DNA of 64,000 bases, taken from Euryarchaeota archaeon UBA86. Its GTDB lineage: Archaea > Thermoplasmatota > Poseidoniia > Poseidoniales > Thalassarchaeaceae. The position numbers and the translations under genes are program-made. Within the stretch, counting starts at the first letter, position 1. Every line of letters starts with the position of its first letter. Below are positions 47,679 to 57,368 of the stretch, in pieces. The stretch spans positions 4,633-68,632 of the forward strand of contig DAQX01000007.1 of assembly GCA_002503055.1 (NCBI GenBank), given 5' to 3'. Under the pieces are notes generated by a model that was not told where the DNA came from, searched no databases, and saw nothing but the letters and a program-made list of their open reading frames with translations.

Positions 47679-48440
47679 CTAAATTACGTTGGCCTCATCT
47701 CTCAGTTTACTCACAACCGTGGCTACTGAATCAGCTCCCTCGAACTTCTGTCCTGGAGGCTTCTCTGGAGGAGGGGAGTGACTAATTACAGTCACTCTAG
47801 ATTCGCCCATTGATACACCAAGATCTTCTGGAGAAACAGTCTCAATGACCTTCTTCTTTGCCATCATTATCCCTCGCACATTTGGTCTGCGAAGCTCTTC
47901 CAATCCCTTATCGAAAGCAAATACGCAGGGCGCAGAAACATGAACTCTTTCAGCACCTCCTGAACTGGCACGCAGTGCTGTGTAACCGCCTGCATCAGCA
48001 GACACCTCAGATACATGAGAAACGCAACTTGCTCCCATTAGCATGGCTACTCCCGGTCCGGTAGAGCCTCCATTAGTGTCAGCAGCCTGTTTACCGCAGA
48101 ATACAACCTCACATCCGGCTTTTTCTAGAGCGGCTACCAAGACAGATTGAATCTGAGTACTATCTATGGAATCTTGACCGTCAATTTGCACATGCATCAG
48201 TGTATCAGCACCCACTGCAGCAGCATCCGTGAGCATCTTTCCAGCACGAGCCGGGCCACAAGTAATTGCTACGACATCTCCTCCACTACTTTCCTTTAGC
48301 TTCAGAGCGCTCTCAAGAGCATACTCATCGTATGGACTCATCGACCACTTACTGACTGCAGACTCATCTACTCTGCCTCCAGAAACTCCAATCTTGGCGG
48401 TTGTATCAGGAACTTGCTTGAGTAGGACGCCTATTGCCAT
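47679..48440 (-). CDS. etfB: Electron transfer flavoprotein beta subunit
   Basis: KQVPD, PYDEYALE, GKQAAD, MMAKKK. Confidence 0.93.
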   Translation of the reverse strand: MAIGVLLKQVPDTTAKIGVSGGRVDESAVSKWSMSPYDEYALESALKLKESSGGDVVAITCGPARAGKMLTDAAAVGADTLMHVQIDGQDSIDSTQIQSVLVAALEKAGCEVVFCGKQAADTNGGSTGPGVAMLMGASCVSHVSEVSADAGGYTALRASSGGAERVHVSAPCVFAFDKGLEELRRPNVRGIMMAKKKVIETVSPEDLGVSMGESRVTVISHSPPPEKPPGQKFEGADSVATVVSKLRDEANVI

Positions 48441-48502
48441 GTTATCATCACTCCGAGCGCCAGCCCCGCTATCAATTTTAGGAAATACAAGTTTGGAAAT
48501 TC

Positions 48503-49675
48503 CTAGGGCTCTCTAGTGAAAGATTGGATCCCTGTAATGTGCTTTCCTAGAATCAAGTTGTGAATATCGTGAGTGCCTTCGTAAGTCTTTACGGACTCTA
48601 GATTAGCCATGTGCCTCATGATTGGATATTCATCCAGAATTCCGTTGGCGCCGTGAATATCTCTCGACATCCTGGCTATCTCCAATGCAATATCGACATT
48701 GTTCATCTTTGCAAGTGAGATGTGCTCTGGAATCCAAGTCCCATCATCCTTCTTCTTGCCCAAGTGAAATGCCAGAAGTTGAGCCTTGGTAATCTCTCTT
48801 AGCATCCAAGATAATTTATTCTGTACTAATTGAAACGATGCTATTGGGTGGCCAAATTGAATTCTACTCAATGCATATTCTTTGGTTGAATTGAAACAAG
48901 ATTGCGCAGCCCCAACAGCTCCCCATGAAATCCCAAATCGAGCATTATTCAGGCAACTGAATGGGCCCTTGAGGCCCTTTACCCCGGGTAAAATTCTGTC
49001 CTTGGGAATCATACAGTCTTGGAATACCAATTCGCTGGTGACACTAGCTTTCAGAGAGTGCTTACCGGTCATCTCAGGAGCTGAAAAACCAGAGTCGTCC
49101 TTCTCAACGATAAATCCACGAATCACACCATCTAACTTGGCCCATACAACCGCCAAGTCGGCGATTGTACCGTTAGTAATCCACATCTTGGCACCATTTA
49201 GCAGGTAGTAATCGCCCTTATCTTCGGCACGAGTAATCATATCGCCGGGATTCGAGCCGTAATCGGGCTCAGTCAAACCAAAGCAACCGATTAACTCACC
49301 ACTCGCCATTCTTGGCAAGTAGTGATTCTTCTGCTCCTCGCTTCCAAAGTCCCAGATTGGGTACATTGCTAGAGAGCCCTGGACACTGGCAAATGATCTC
49401 ACACCACTATCTCCGCGTTCTAATTCCTGGCAAATGAGCCCGTACGCGATGTATGACAAGCCGGGACACCCGTAACCCTTCAGAGGGGCGCCAAGAATTC
49501 CCATTTCCCCGAGGTCAACTCTCCACTTGTCCGGAAATACTCCCTCGTGACAGGCCTGCTCTATGTTTGGAATGACTTCCTTGTCAACCCAGTCTCTAAC
49601 CATGTCGCGGACCATTTTCTCCTCCTCGGTGAGGAGAGCATCGATATCGTAGAAGTCCAATGCCTCGTATGCCAT
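48503..49675 (-). CDS. gcdH: Acyl-CoA dehydrogenase, glutaryl-CoA dehydrogenase-like
   Basis: ELERGDSG, GCFGLTEPDYGS, CLNNARFGISWG, TYEGTHDIH. Confidence 0.85.
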   Translation of the reverse strand: MAYEALDFYDIDALLTEEEKMVRDMVRDWVDKEVIPNIEQACHEGVFPDKWRVDLGEMGILGAPLKGYGCPGLSYIAYGLICQELERGDSGVRSFASVQGSLAMYPIWDFGSEEQKNHYLPRMASGELIGCFGLTEPDYGSNPGDMITRAEDKGDYYLLNGAKMWITNGTIADLAVVWAKLDGVIRGFIVEKDDSGFSAPEMTGKHSLKASVTSELVFQDCMIPKDRILPGVKGLKGPFSCLNNARFGISWGAVGAAQSCFNSTKEYALSRIQFGHPIASFQLVQNKLSWMLREITKAQLLAFHLGKKKDDGTWIPEHISLAKMNNVDIALEIARMSRDIHGANGILDEYPIMRHMANLESVKTYEGTHDIHNLILGKHITGIQSFTREP

Positions 49676-49720
49676 GTCTCTCACCTATCGCGACCGCGCA
49701 GCCCAAATGAACATTGCCAA

Positions 49721-50938
49721 CTAGCGCCCCCTCTTTCTACGCTCCTCGCGTTTAGCAATTCGCTTCTCATCAGCCGTACCAAATCTCTGTGTGAACCAGT
49801 TCTGCAGTCTTGGGGAGAAACTCAAGCCCACACTAAGAATAACCAACAGTGTAGCAGCCGGGATTGCAATCAGAATCCATGCACCTAGGATTCCACCGGG
49901 AACAGCTTCAGAGGGAGGATGGAACTGAATCAATGTCCCTCTATCAGTCAGAATCCAGCCACTATCTCTATCCGTCGCCCATGAGGAAACAATCCTCTGT
50001 CCAGCTATGTTCGCATCGAAATCCTCGACATCAGAGTTCTCTATCCAGGGAAATGTTGCATTATCGCTCAAATCATGCTCGAACATTGAAAATGGGGCCG
50101 CCGCAATAATCGACCTATCTCCCCATTGCCCCGACACTCCAGTAAATGTTCCTTCAATCTCGGTAATTTGGCTAATTCCTAAGTCCGACCACCAAGGTAT
50201 ATCGGAATTCAATAGGATAGTCCCAATATTACGATCGTCCGAAACCGCCACACATCTTCCAGCATCGACAGGAGGGCAATACACATCCTGCCAAGGATAT
50301 CCAGTTCCTCCAATCCAGTGGATTTCATGATCTCTGTCAATCACACCAATTCCGTCTACAATGCTAGTAACTACACAGAGCATGTGAGCGGTATGACAGT
50401 CGATAGCTGTGATATCGCTGCTTCCACGCCCGGCAATTAGGTGAACTTCTGCACCTCCATCGGCCGCAGCTCTCATTCTCCACAACCAACCTTCTTGGCC
50501 ACCAACATATGCCCAAGAACCACTAGGATTCCAGGCGACAGAAAATAAGTTAACATTCCCGAAGTCGAGGTCTCCTCCGGCATCGGTAATCGAGTGGTCA
50601 CTGCTGGCATATCTCAGAACTTCTCCCTTGTCGCCGACAATGAGGGCAGTCTGGCCACCAGGATGAAAATCCCCTGCATGCAAGTCGATATCATCGTTCC
50701 AAACCAACTCAATTCTCTCGGTTGGATCTGATGAGTCCAGTAGTTCGAGGTATGTATCGGCCCCATAGACAATCACCTTCTCGCCCGATGGGTCGATTAC
50801 AGCCCCTACGATGCCGAGATCTTCTTCGGCTAGGCTGACCACTTTATCCAACACAACTGCCGATTCTGCTTGTACATGTGGCGCCAGCATCAGAGATACC
50901 AGAAGAACCGACAATACCCTTGTCGCAGAGTAGCCCAT
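49721..50938 (-). CDS. Secreted, C-terminally anchored beta-propeller-like protein
   Basis: Signal peptide (…PHVQA), WD40-like repeats, C-terminal TM and basic tail. Confidence 0.7.
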   Translation of the reverse strand: MGYSATRVLSVLLVSLMLAPHVQAESAVVLDKVVSLAEEDLGIVGAVIDPSGEKVIVYGADTYLELLDSSDPTERIELVWNDDIDLHAGDFHPGGQTALIVGDKGEVLRYASSDHSITDAGGDLDFGNVNLFSVAWNPSGSWAYVGGQEGWLWRMRAAADGGAEVHLIAGRGSSDITAIDCHTAHMLCVVTSIVDGIGVIDRDHEIHWIGGTGYPWQDVYCPPVDAGRCVAVSDDRNIGTILLNSDIPWWSDLGISQITEIEGTFTGVSGQWGDRSIIAAAPFSMFEHDLSDNATFPWIENSDVEDFDANIAGQRIVSSWATDRDSGWILTDRGTLIQFHPPSEAVPGGILGAWILIAIPAATLLVILSVGLSFSPRLQNWFTQRFGTADEKRIAKREERRKRGR

Positions 50939-51033
50939 GTACGGCGGACGGGCAACTTCTGTTTAGCCAGTTCGACGAACCCCGGGCCTTGAATGGCAAC
51001 AGCATTCAAGAAGTGACGAGCCAGCGCCGCGGT

Positions 51034-51549
51034 ATGGAGAGATTCGACGTCAAGAGAGGACTAGTGAAGCAGGTTTCGGAGAATGGGGGTCTGTCAGGAC
51101 TAGCCAGCGAATACTTCGACGAAGTCAATGACAATGGGGACAATTCATTCATCGGCTCTCACGGAGTGATGACTTCAATCGAGGCAAATTATAACGAGAA
51201 AGGTGCCCTCATTGTTGATGTCACTAATGTTCCGCCGAATTTCGAAGACCCTGATGCAGTCAAGGCTGCGATGGAAGACAGGAAAAGATGGACAACATTT
51301 CTAGATGCAGCTACTGGTTATAATTCCAAGCAGAGAGGGGACAAGGCAAAGGAATGGGCCAAGAAAGCTAGCAAGGCCAAGTCGGGTATTTCAGCTGCTC
51401 GGCACTTCATGTCAATGTCTGAAAACACGCCAGAAGATCTCGTCTCTCAGGCAGAATCTATGATTGCTGAGATAGAGGAAGCCCTTGAGCAGGGAGATAA
51501 CACCAAGGCTGCCGGCAGGGCTGAGAAGTTAGCGAAATTACTCGATTGA
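51034..51549 (+). CDS. Conserved archaeal hypothetical protein (DUF5611-like)
   Basis: MERFDVKRG start, FLDAATGYNSKQR motif; family recalled from memory. Confidence 0.6.
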   Translation: MERFDVKRGLVKQVSENGGLSGLASEYFDEVNDNGDNSFIGSHGVMTSIEANYNEKGALIVDVTNVPPNFEDPDAVKAAMEDRKRWTTFLDAATGYNSKQRGDKAKEWAKKASKAKSGISAARHFMSMSENTPEDLVSQAESMIAEIEEALEQGDNTKAAGRAEKLAKLLD

Positions 51550-51556
51550 GGTTAGT

Positions 51557-52675
51557 ATGGAATCGAATGACCCGATGATGTCACTGAACTCTGATGCTCG
51601 GGCACGTATCGAACGAATGTTCGCCGGCTGTGAAGAGGTAATTGGTGTCGAACATGTTGCCTCCGCCATCTCTAGTGGAAACACTCACTCCGGAGATGAC
51701 CAGCTAGTTGCTTACATTGGTCTGGAGCCCAGCGGGAAGGCACATGTGGCGTACATTCTGTTGGCTGACACAATTCGTGATATGCTGGACGAAGGCGTCA
51801 ATGTGATCATCCTCTTGGCCGATTGGCACGCTTGGGTTAACGATAAGTTCGGCCGTGATATGGATAAAATCAAAATCGCAGCCGACTATCTAGCAGAGAC
51901 ATTCAGAGGACTTCTCGGTAATCCTCCCGAGGGAGAAGGCCCAGGAGAGGTGAGATTCCTAAGGGCATCAGAGATTATGGATTCAGGGAAATATTGGGAG
52001 AGGGTTTTGAGATGTTCAAAGAACATGAGCCTATCCAGAGTCAGACGAACCTTCAGCATCATGGGGCGCGATGAAGATTCCTCGGATCACGATCTTGCAG
52101 CCTTCTACTACCCTGCACTACAAGCGGCGGATATCTTTGAGCTGCAGGTAGACATCGCATTCGGTGGAATGGACCAACGTAAGGCTCACATGTACATGCG
52201 AGAGGTTGCAGACAAGTACGATTGGACAAAGGCAACTTGCATCCACACTCCTATGATGTCAGGACTCAAAGGCCCCGGAGGCAGGATGGAATCTTTTGAC
52301 CACAAGATGTCAAAATCTGATCCCCGGAATGCAATTCTGCTGGATGACGACAGAGACTCACTGAAGAAGAAAATGCGCGGGGCCTTCCTTGAAGTCGGTA
52401 ATCCCGAGTCTCCTGTGTTTGAGATAGCCCGTCTAATAATCCTGCCCAGACAAGGCTCGATTACGGTAACTCCGGACCCGAAGTATGGAAAACAATCGAC
52501 TTGGGATAATCTGGATTCATTCATTTCGGCAGTATCGGACGGCTCAATTCATCCACTCGATGCGAAAATGGCAGTCGCAGATGCATTAGCAGATGTTGTC
52601 GAGCCGCTAGCACAACATTTCGCCACTAAAGCAGACTTAATTTCCGCAATAGAAGAACTCACCGGCTCGCAGTAA
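51557..52675 (+). CDS. tyrS: Tyrosine--tRNA ligase (archaeal type)
   Basis: AYIGLEPSG, ADWHAW, YPALQAAD, GGMDQRK, KMSKS, HPLDAK. Confidence 0.93.
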   Translation: MESNDPMMSLNSDARARIERMFAGCEEVIGVEHVASAISSGNTHSGDDQLVAYIGLEPSGKAHVAYILLADTIRDMLDEGVNVIILLADWHAWVNDKFGRDMDKIKIAADYLAETFRGLLGNPPEGEGPGEVRFLRASEIMDSGKYWERVLRCSKNMSLSRVRRTFSIMGRDEDSSDHDLAAFYYPALQAADIFELQVDIAFGGMDQRKAHMYMREVADKYDWTKATCIHTPMMSGLKGPGGRMESFDHKMSKSDPRNAILLDDDRDSLKKKMRGAFLEVGNPESPVFEIARLIILPRQGSITVTPDPKYGKQSTWDNLDSFISAVSDGSIHPLDAKMAVADALADVVEPLAQHFATKADLISAIEELTGSQ

Positions 52676-52759
52676 TGCGCTTACTACTGGATATCTAGGC
52701 CGCCTCTCAGGGAGAGGACTCATAACCCGTCCCCTACCGGCGAGGCCCGAGGTTTTACT

Positions 52760-54310
52760 ATGCCAAACGTAGGCATTGACGACATTGCCATCCATTTCCC
52801 TAGACTATACTTCGATATGGAAGACTTCGCCAAATTGCGAGGTGCAGACTTTGGGAAGTTGAATCGTGGCCTAGGTCTCGCAGCAATGGCGATTCCTGAT
52901 GTTCACGAAGATACTGCTACAATGGGGGCCAATGCAGTACGCAGATTGATCGATAGAAACGACATCGATCCGGCAACAATCGGCAGAATCTACCTTGGAA
53001 CAGAATCAGCACTAGATGGCTCCAAACCTACAGCGACCTACATCATGGACATGCTAGAACAAAGATATTCTCCTATTCATGGCAAGGATTGCTTCCGAAA
53101 TTGCGATGTTGTTGATTTGACATTCGCATGTATCGGTGCCGTGGATGCCATGCACAACACTCTCGATTGGGTTGCTCGTGGGGGGGAAGGAAAGGACAGA
53201 ATCGGAATTGTCGTGTTCGCTGACAACGCCAAATACGACATCGGTTCTTCTGGAGAGTACACTCAGGGTGCCGGCGGGGGTGCCATTCTGATTCGCCACA
53301 ACCCAAGACTTCTGGAGATTCCCGATATCTGGGGAGTCTCGACAATGCCCGTGCATGACTTCTTCAAGCCAAGAAGAGAAGTAGATACTAGAACAATTGT
53401 TGAGAATGTCCTTGATTTAGCCAGAGAGAGCGGCGAGAAGGTCAAGGAAGGACTCGCAGAGCGTATTCTCAAGCATCTACCAAGTTCTTCCAAGAAGGAT
53501 GATGTAATGTTTGAGAGTCCCAAACTAAAGATTCACAAGGATACTCCCGTATTCGATGGGCAATTCTCCAACAGATGCTACTCGGAATCCGTCAAGCAGG
53601 CATTCATCAACTTCAGAGAGAAGGCTATCAGGGAGGGAAGATACGATCCCGAGGCGGATGAGATACTTACAAATCAGTGGAGTAGAATCATTGTGCACCT
53701 TCCTTATGCATTCCAAGGTAAGAGAATGTTCCCCGATGTATTCAGGCACGACAGAAGGCACTTGCCAATGTGGGCAGACATTGTCAAAGAGATTGGCCCA
53801 GAGCCTATGCCCGAAGACTTCCCCGACACGCCAGAGGGAATAGAAGAGTTCGAGAAATCTAATGATGGCTATCGCAGACTCATCTCTAAGACTGAGGAAT
53901 TCAGGACATTCGTGGACCAGAGGATCGAGAAGACCACTAGGGCATCCAGTTTAATTGGAAATCAGTACACAGGATCGATTTTCCTAGCATTGATGTCCAC
54001 GATGGAATCAGACCATATCGATAATATCGACATGTCTGGCAAGAGAGTGGGCCTGTGTGGTTACGGCTCCGGTGCCAAGGCCAAGGTATTCGAGGGCGTG
54101 ATTCAGGATGAATGGCGAGAGATTGCATCCCGATTCCATCTGTTTGAGAGATTATCCAACCGTCATCCAATCAATAAGACAGTCTACGAGGCCCTTCATA
54201 GGGGATCAAGAAAGAGATCCGTGGTCACTCCGGATGGCGAATTTGCTCTTGTTGGAATCGGTGGAGAGGGGAATCTAGAGGGTCAGAGAGAGTATCGCTG
54301 GATAGAGTAG
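52760..54310 (+). CDS. mvaS: Hydroxymethylglutaryl-CoA synthase (bacterial type)
   Basis: VGIDDI, GTES..D.SKP, FACIG, GEYTQGAG, DFFKP, HLPY, GNQYTGS, GYGSG. Confidence 0.9.
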   Translation: MPNVGIDDIAIHFPRLYFDMEDFAKLRGADFGKLNRGLGLAAMAIPDVHEDTATMGANAVRRLIDRNDIDPATIGRIYLGTESALDGSKPTATYIMDMLEQRYSPIHGKDCFRNCDVVDLTFACIGAVDAMHNTLDWVARGGEGKDRIGIVVFADNAKYDIGSSGEYTQGAGGGAILIRHNPRLLEIPDIWGVSTMPVHDFFKPRREVDTRTIVENVLDLARESGEKVKEGLAERILKHLPSSSKKDDVMFESPKLKIHKDTPVFDGQFSNRCYSESVKQAFINFREKAIREGRYDPEADEILTNQWSRIIVHLPYAFQGKRMFPDVFRHDRRHLPMWADIVKEIGPEPMPEDFPDTPEGIEEFEKSNDGYRRLISKTEEFRTFVDQRIEKTTRASSLIGNQYTGSIFLALMSTMESDHIDNIDMSGKRVGLCGYGSGAKAKVFEGVIQDEWREIASRFHLFERLSNRHPINKTVYEALHRGSRKRSVVTPDGEFALVGIGGEGNLEGQREYRWIE

Positions 54311-55555
54311 CTAATCTAGAATCTCAGATAGTACTTCTAGGAATCTATCCACTTCTTCGGCGGTGTTGTAATGGAGTATTCCGACCCTGAGTGCACCTTC
54401 AGGCTCGAGCCCTAAGGCCTCAGAAAGCTCCAACGCATAGAAATTCCCGGCCCAAGTAAATACTCCGTTTTCTGCTAGAGCCGAACCTATTTCTTCAGCA
54501 CTCATAGAGTGGTGAGTGAACGAGACTGTTGGAGCCCTGCGTTGCTTCATGGAAAAGTCGGTGATGCCCCAAATTTTGACCCCTATCTCTTCTAGTCCGA
54601 CAATCATCTTCCAGCACAAATCACTCTCATAATCCTCAATCGCAGTGAACGCAACACTCAGAGCCTCTCTACGAGAGATTTTCATACCCGCAATATGTAT
54701 TCCGAGCCATTCAAGGTGTTCAATCGCAGCCAGAGTTCCGGCCATCGATTCGTGGCCCTGGGTTCCGGTCATCCATCTGAAAGGAACCTCTTCGCTCGAG
54801 ACTCGCAATTTGGCAACCGGAAGCTCAGCCAATCTGGAATATCTCCCCCATAGGATTCCTTGATGAGTCCCGAAGAACTTGTATGACGAGCAAGCAAGAT
54901 AGTCGCAACCCAACTCCTTCACATCAATCAGGCCATGTGGGGCGTAATGCACCGCATCTACGAACACTTCTGCCCCCACAGTATGCGCCTTCTCACAAAT
55001 CTCTTTGACATCATTAATCGTTCCAGAGAAGTTCGATGCTGCACCAATTGCAACCAATACTGTGCTTTCACCAATACTAGATTCAATCGATTCGGCCCTA
55101 TGGGTGCAGCCATCGGGATCGATTTCTATCCACCTAATCGTCGCACCCGACCATTTTGCTGCAAGAACCCAGGGTCTGACATTTGCATCATGGTCCGAAC
55201 GCGTAACCACAATCTCGTCACCTGGACCCCAAGTGCGACTCAGAGCGCTAGCGAGTTGAATTGTCAGACTGGTCATGTTCTGTCCGAAAACAATCTCACG
55301 ATAGTCACTGCAGCCAACTAAATCTGCACATGCTCGCATAGTTTCCTCGATTAACTTGTCAGTCTCCTTCGAGGTTACGAAAGACATGCCGACATTGGCA
55401 TTCTGATGCAACAGGTAGTGCTTGACAGCATCTCCAACCGATTCAGGCGATTGGCTACCTCCTGGGCCATCAAAGAAGATAGCTCGATTACCATTTACCA
55501 TTCTATTCAAACCGGGGAACCGAGAACGTATTTCGGCTATTGGATAATCTGCCAT
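54311..55555 (-). CDS. Cysteine desulfurase-like class V PLP protein
   Basis: FFDGPGGSQ, DHDAN, VDAVHYAPH, CSSYKFFG, GNFYA, HYNT; no RxGHHC catalytic Cys. Confidence 0.85.
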   Translation of the reverse strand: MADYPIAEIRSRFPGLNRMVNGNRAIFFDGPGGSQSPESVGDAVKHYLLHQNANVGMSFVTSKETDKLIEETMRACADLVGCSDYREIVFGQNMTSLTIQLASALSRTWGPGDEIVVTRSDHDANVRPWVLAAKWSGATIRWIEIDPDGCTHRAESIESSIGESTVLVAIGAASNFSGTINDVKEICEKAHTVGAEVFVDAVHYAPHGLIDVKELGCDYLACSSYKFFGTHQGILWGRYSRLAELPVAKLRVSSEEVPFRWMTGTQGHESMAGTLAAIEHLEWLGIHIAGMKISRREALSVAFTAIEDYESDLCWKMIVGLEEIGVKIWGITDFSMKQRRAPTVSFTHHSMSAEEIGSALAENGVFTWAGNFYALELSEALGLEPEGALRVGILHYNTAEEVDRFLEVLSEILD

Positions 55556-55559
55556 TCCA

Positions 55560-56738
55560 TCACTCCGGGGCAATGGAGCGATTGATTACGATTCTTTGCA
55601 CCTCTTGTGTACCTTCGTAAATCTGAGTAATCTTCGCGTCCCGGAAGAAGCGTTCGACCGGGAAATCCGTCGTGTATCCATATCCTCCAAGAACTTGTAC
55701 AGCTCTCTCAGCTACCCACATCGCGGTGTCGCCCGCAAACAACTTGGCCATACTGGCCTCCATGGTGTGGCGAGGGGCATTATCTTCGTAGTGCCTCTGT
55801 TTTGCCCATGCCGCCTTGTAAACCATGAGTCTAGCCGCCTCGGTTCTAGTAGCCATGTCAGCGAGGTAGTTGCCAACGCTCTGGTGGTATGCTATCGGCT
55901 TACCGAAGGCTTCCCTCTCATGAGCGTAGCCTAGGGCGGATTCGTAAGCGCCCTGGGCGATTCCGAGGGCTTGCGCAGCAATCCCAATCCTGGAATTGTC
56001 CAAAGCATTCATCGCAATAGGAAACCCTTCACCCGGAATTCTGAGAACATTCTCTACTGGGACTTTACAGTCTTCCAACAATAGAGAGCATGTATCACTA
56101 GAACGAATTCCGAGCTTGTCTTCCTTCTTTCCTACAGAGAAACCTTCGAAACTCTTCTCGACAATGAATGCAGTAGTTCCTCCATGCCTCTTTTCTCCGA
56201 ACTCTGGATGATCAACATCCTTTGCAAACAAAACATAGATGTCCGCACTATCTCCATTTGTAACCCACATCTTCTCGCCATTTAGGACATAATGAGTTCC
56301 ATCTTCACTCAGTTTAGCCTTGCAACCCAATGCGGCTGCATCTGTACCCGCGCCAGCCTCAGAAAGAGAATACGCCCCAATCTCATTGCCCGCCAATCTG
56401 GACAAATACAGGTGCTTCTGTTGCTCATTACCGTGTAATGCAATTGTCTTGGAACATAGGCCTACATGAACGCAATACATCACTGAGAAGGACGGATCAA
56501 CACGAGCCAACTCTTCGACAATTATTGCCTCGGAGACATCATCTACCGGACTTCCTCCATACTCTTCGGGTATGGTAATTCCTTGCAGTCCGGTCTGTTC
56601 ACAGAATAATTTCCACTCTCCGAGTGGAGCTTTCTGATCACGGTCTCTTTCCAGACAAGTAGGTGCCAGTATACTCTCGGCAAAATCACGAACCATATCG
56701 CGAATCATCGCCTGTTCCTCTGTCTCTTCGAAGTCCAA
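55560..56738 (-). CDS. Acyl-CoA dehydrogenase (short/branched-chain type)
   Basis: YSLSEAGAGTD, KMWVTNG, KLGIRSS, RIGIAAQ, RDAKITQIYEGT. Confidence 0.92.
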   Translation of the reverse strand: MDFEETEEQAMIRDMVRDFAESILAPTCLERDRDQKAPLGEWKLFCEQTGLQGITIPEEYGGSPVDDVSEAIIVEELARVDPSFSVMYCVHVGLCSKTIALHGNEQQKHLYLSRLAGNEIGAYSLSEAGAGTDAAALGCKAKLSEDGTHYVLNGEKMWVTNGDSADIYVLFAKDVDHPEFGEKRHGGTTAFIVEKSFEGFSVGKKEDKLGIRSSDTCSLLLEDCKVPVENVLRIPGEGFPIAMNALDNSRIGIAAQALGIAQGAYESALGYAHEREAFGKPIAYHQSVGNYLADMATRTEAARLMVYKAAWAKQRHYEDNAPRHTMEASMAKLFAGDTAMWVAERAVQVLGGYGYTTDFPVERFFRDAKITQIYEGTQEVQRIVINRSIAPE

Positions 56739-56855
56739 CTCTCTTCCCCCGGCATTTGAGAGTAGGACTCCATAGTTAATCCCTCGTGGCAGTCAGAGAC
56801 ACCATCTAGCATCGAATAGTTCAAATTGGAACTGTAGACGCGCGGTTCGGTATCA

Positions 56856-57368
56856 ATGGCAAACGGGGACTACATCGAGTACAGCATAGCTCACGATCGC
56901 AAGTACACTTTGGACCATATTTGGGTCCAAGCATTGGACGATAAGGCCGAATCCGTTAAGATCGGAATCAGTGAATTCGTCCCTGCAGAGTATGGGGAAA
57001 TTGTCAGAGTGGTTCTGACTAGACCTGAGGACGACAGCGAGTTTGATTCAGACAAGGAGCCAGAGACAAACACTGATGATGACGATGAACCAACCATGAT
57101 GGGAAGTGGAGATGAGGTTGGAACAGAGGATTTATTGATGACTCTTACTACAAGTTTCGATGGAGAAATCGAGACACTACTAATCAATGCACCATTTCCC
57201 TGTAAAATCTTAGAACTCAACGGTGAAGTAGAGGATAATCCCGATTTGATTAATGATGATGCATACGGAGATGGATGGTGTATGATTGTTGAACCTCTGA
57301 CAGACTTCGATGAGGACCAATACCTAGACATGCAAGAATACATCGAGATGCTCAACGAGTTGCCCTAA
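56856..57368 (+). CDS. Glycine cleavage H-protein-like protein lacking the lipoyl lysine
   Basis: RKYTLDHIW, KIGISEF, AP..CKILELN, PDLINDDAYGDGW; no ESVK motif. Confidence 0.75.
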   Translation: MANGDYIEYSIAHDRKYTLDHIWVQALDDKAESVKIGISEFVPAEYGEIVRVVLTRPEDDSEFDSDKEPETNTDDDDEPTMMGSGDEVGTEDLLMTLTTSFDGEIETLLINAPFPCKILELNGEVEDNPDLINDDAYGDGWCMIVEPLTDFDEDQYLDMQEYIEMLNELP

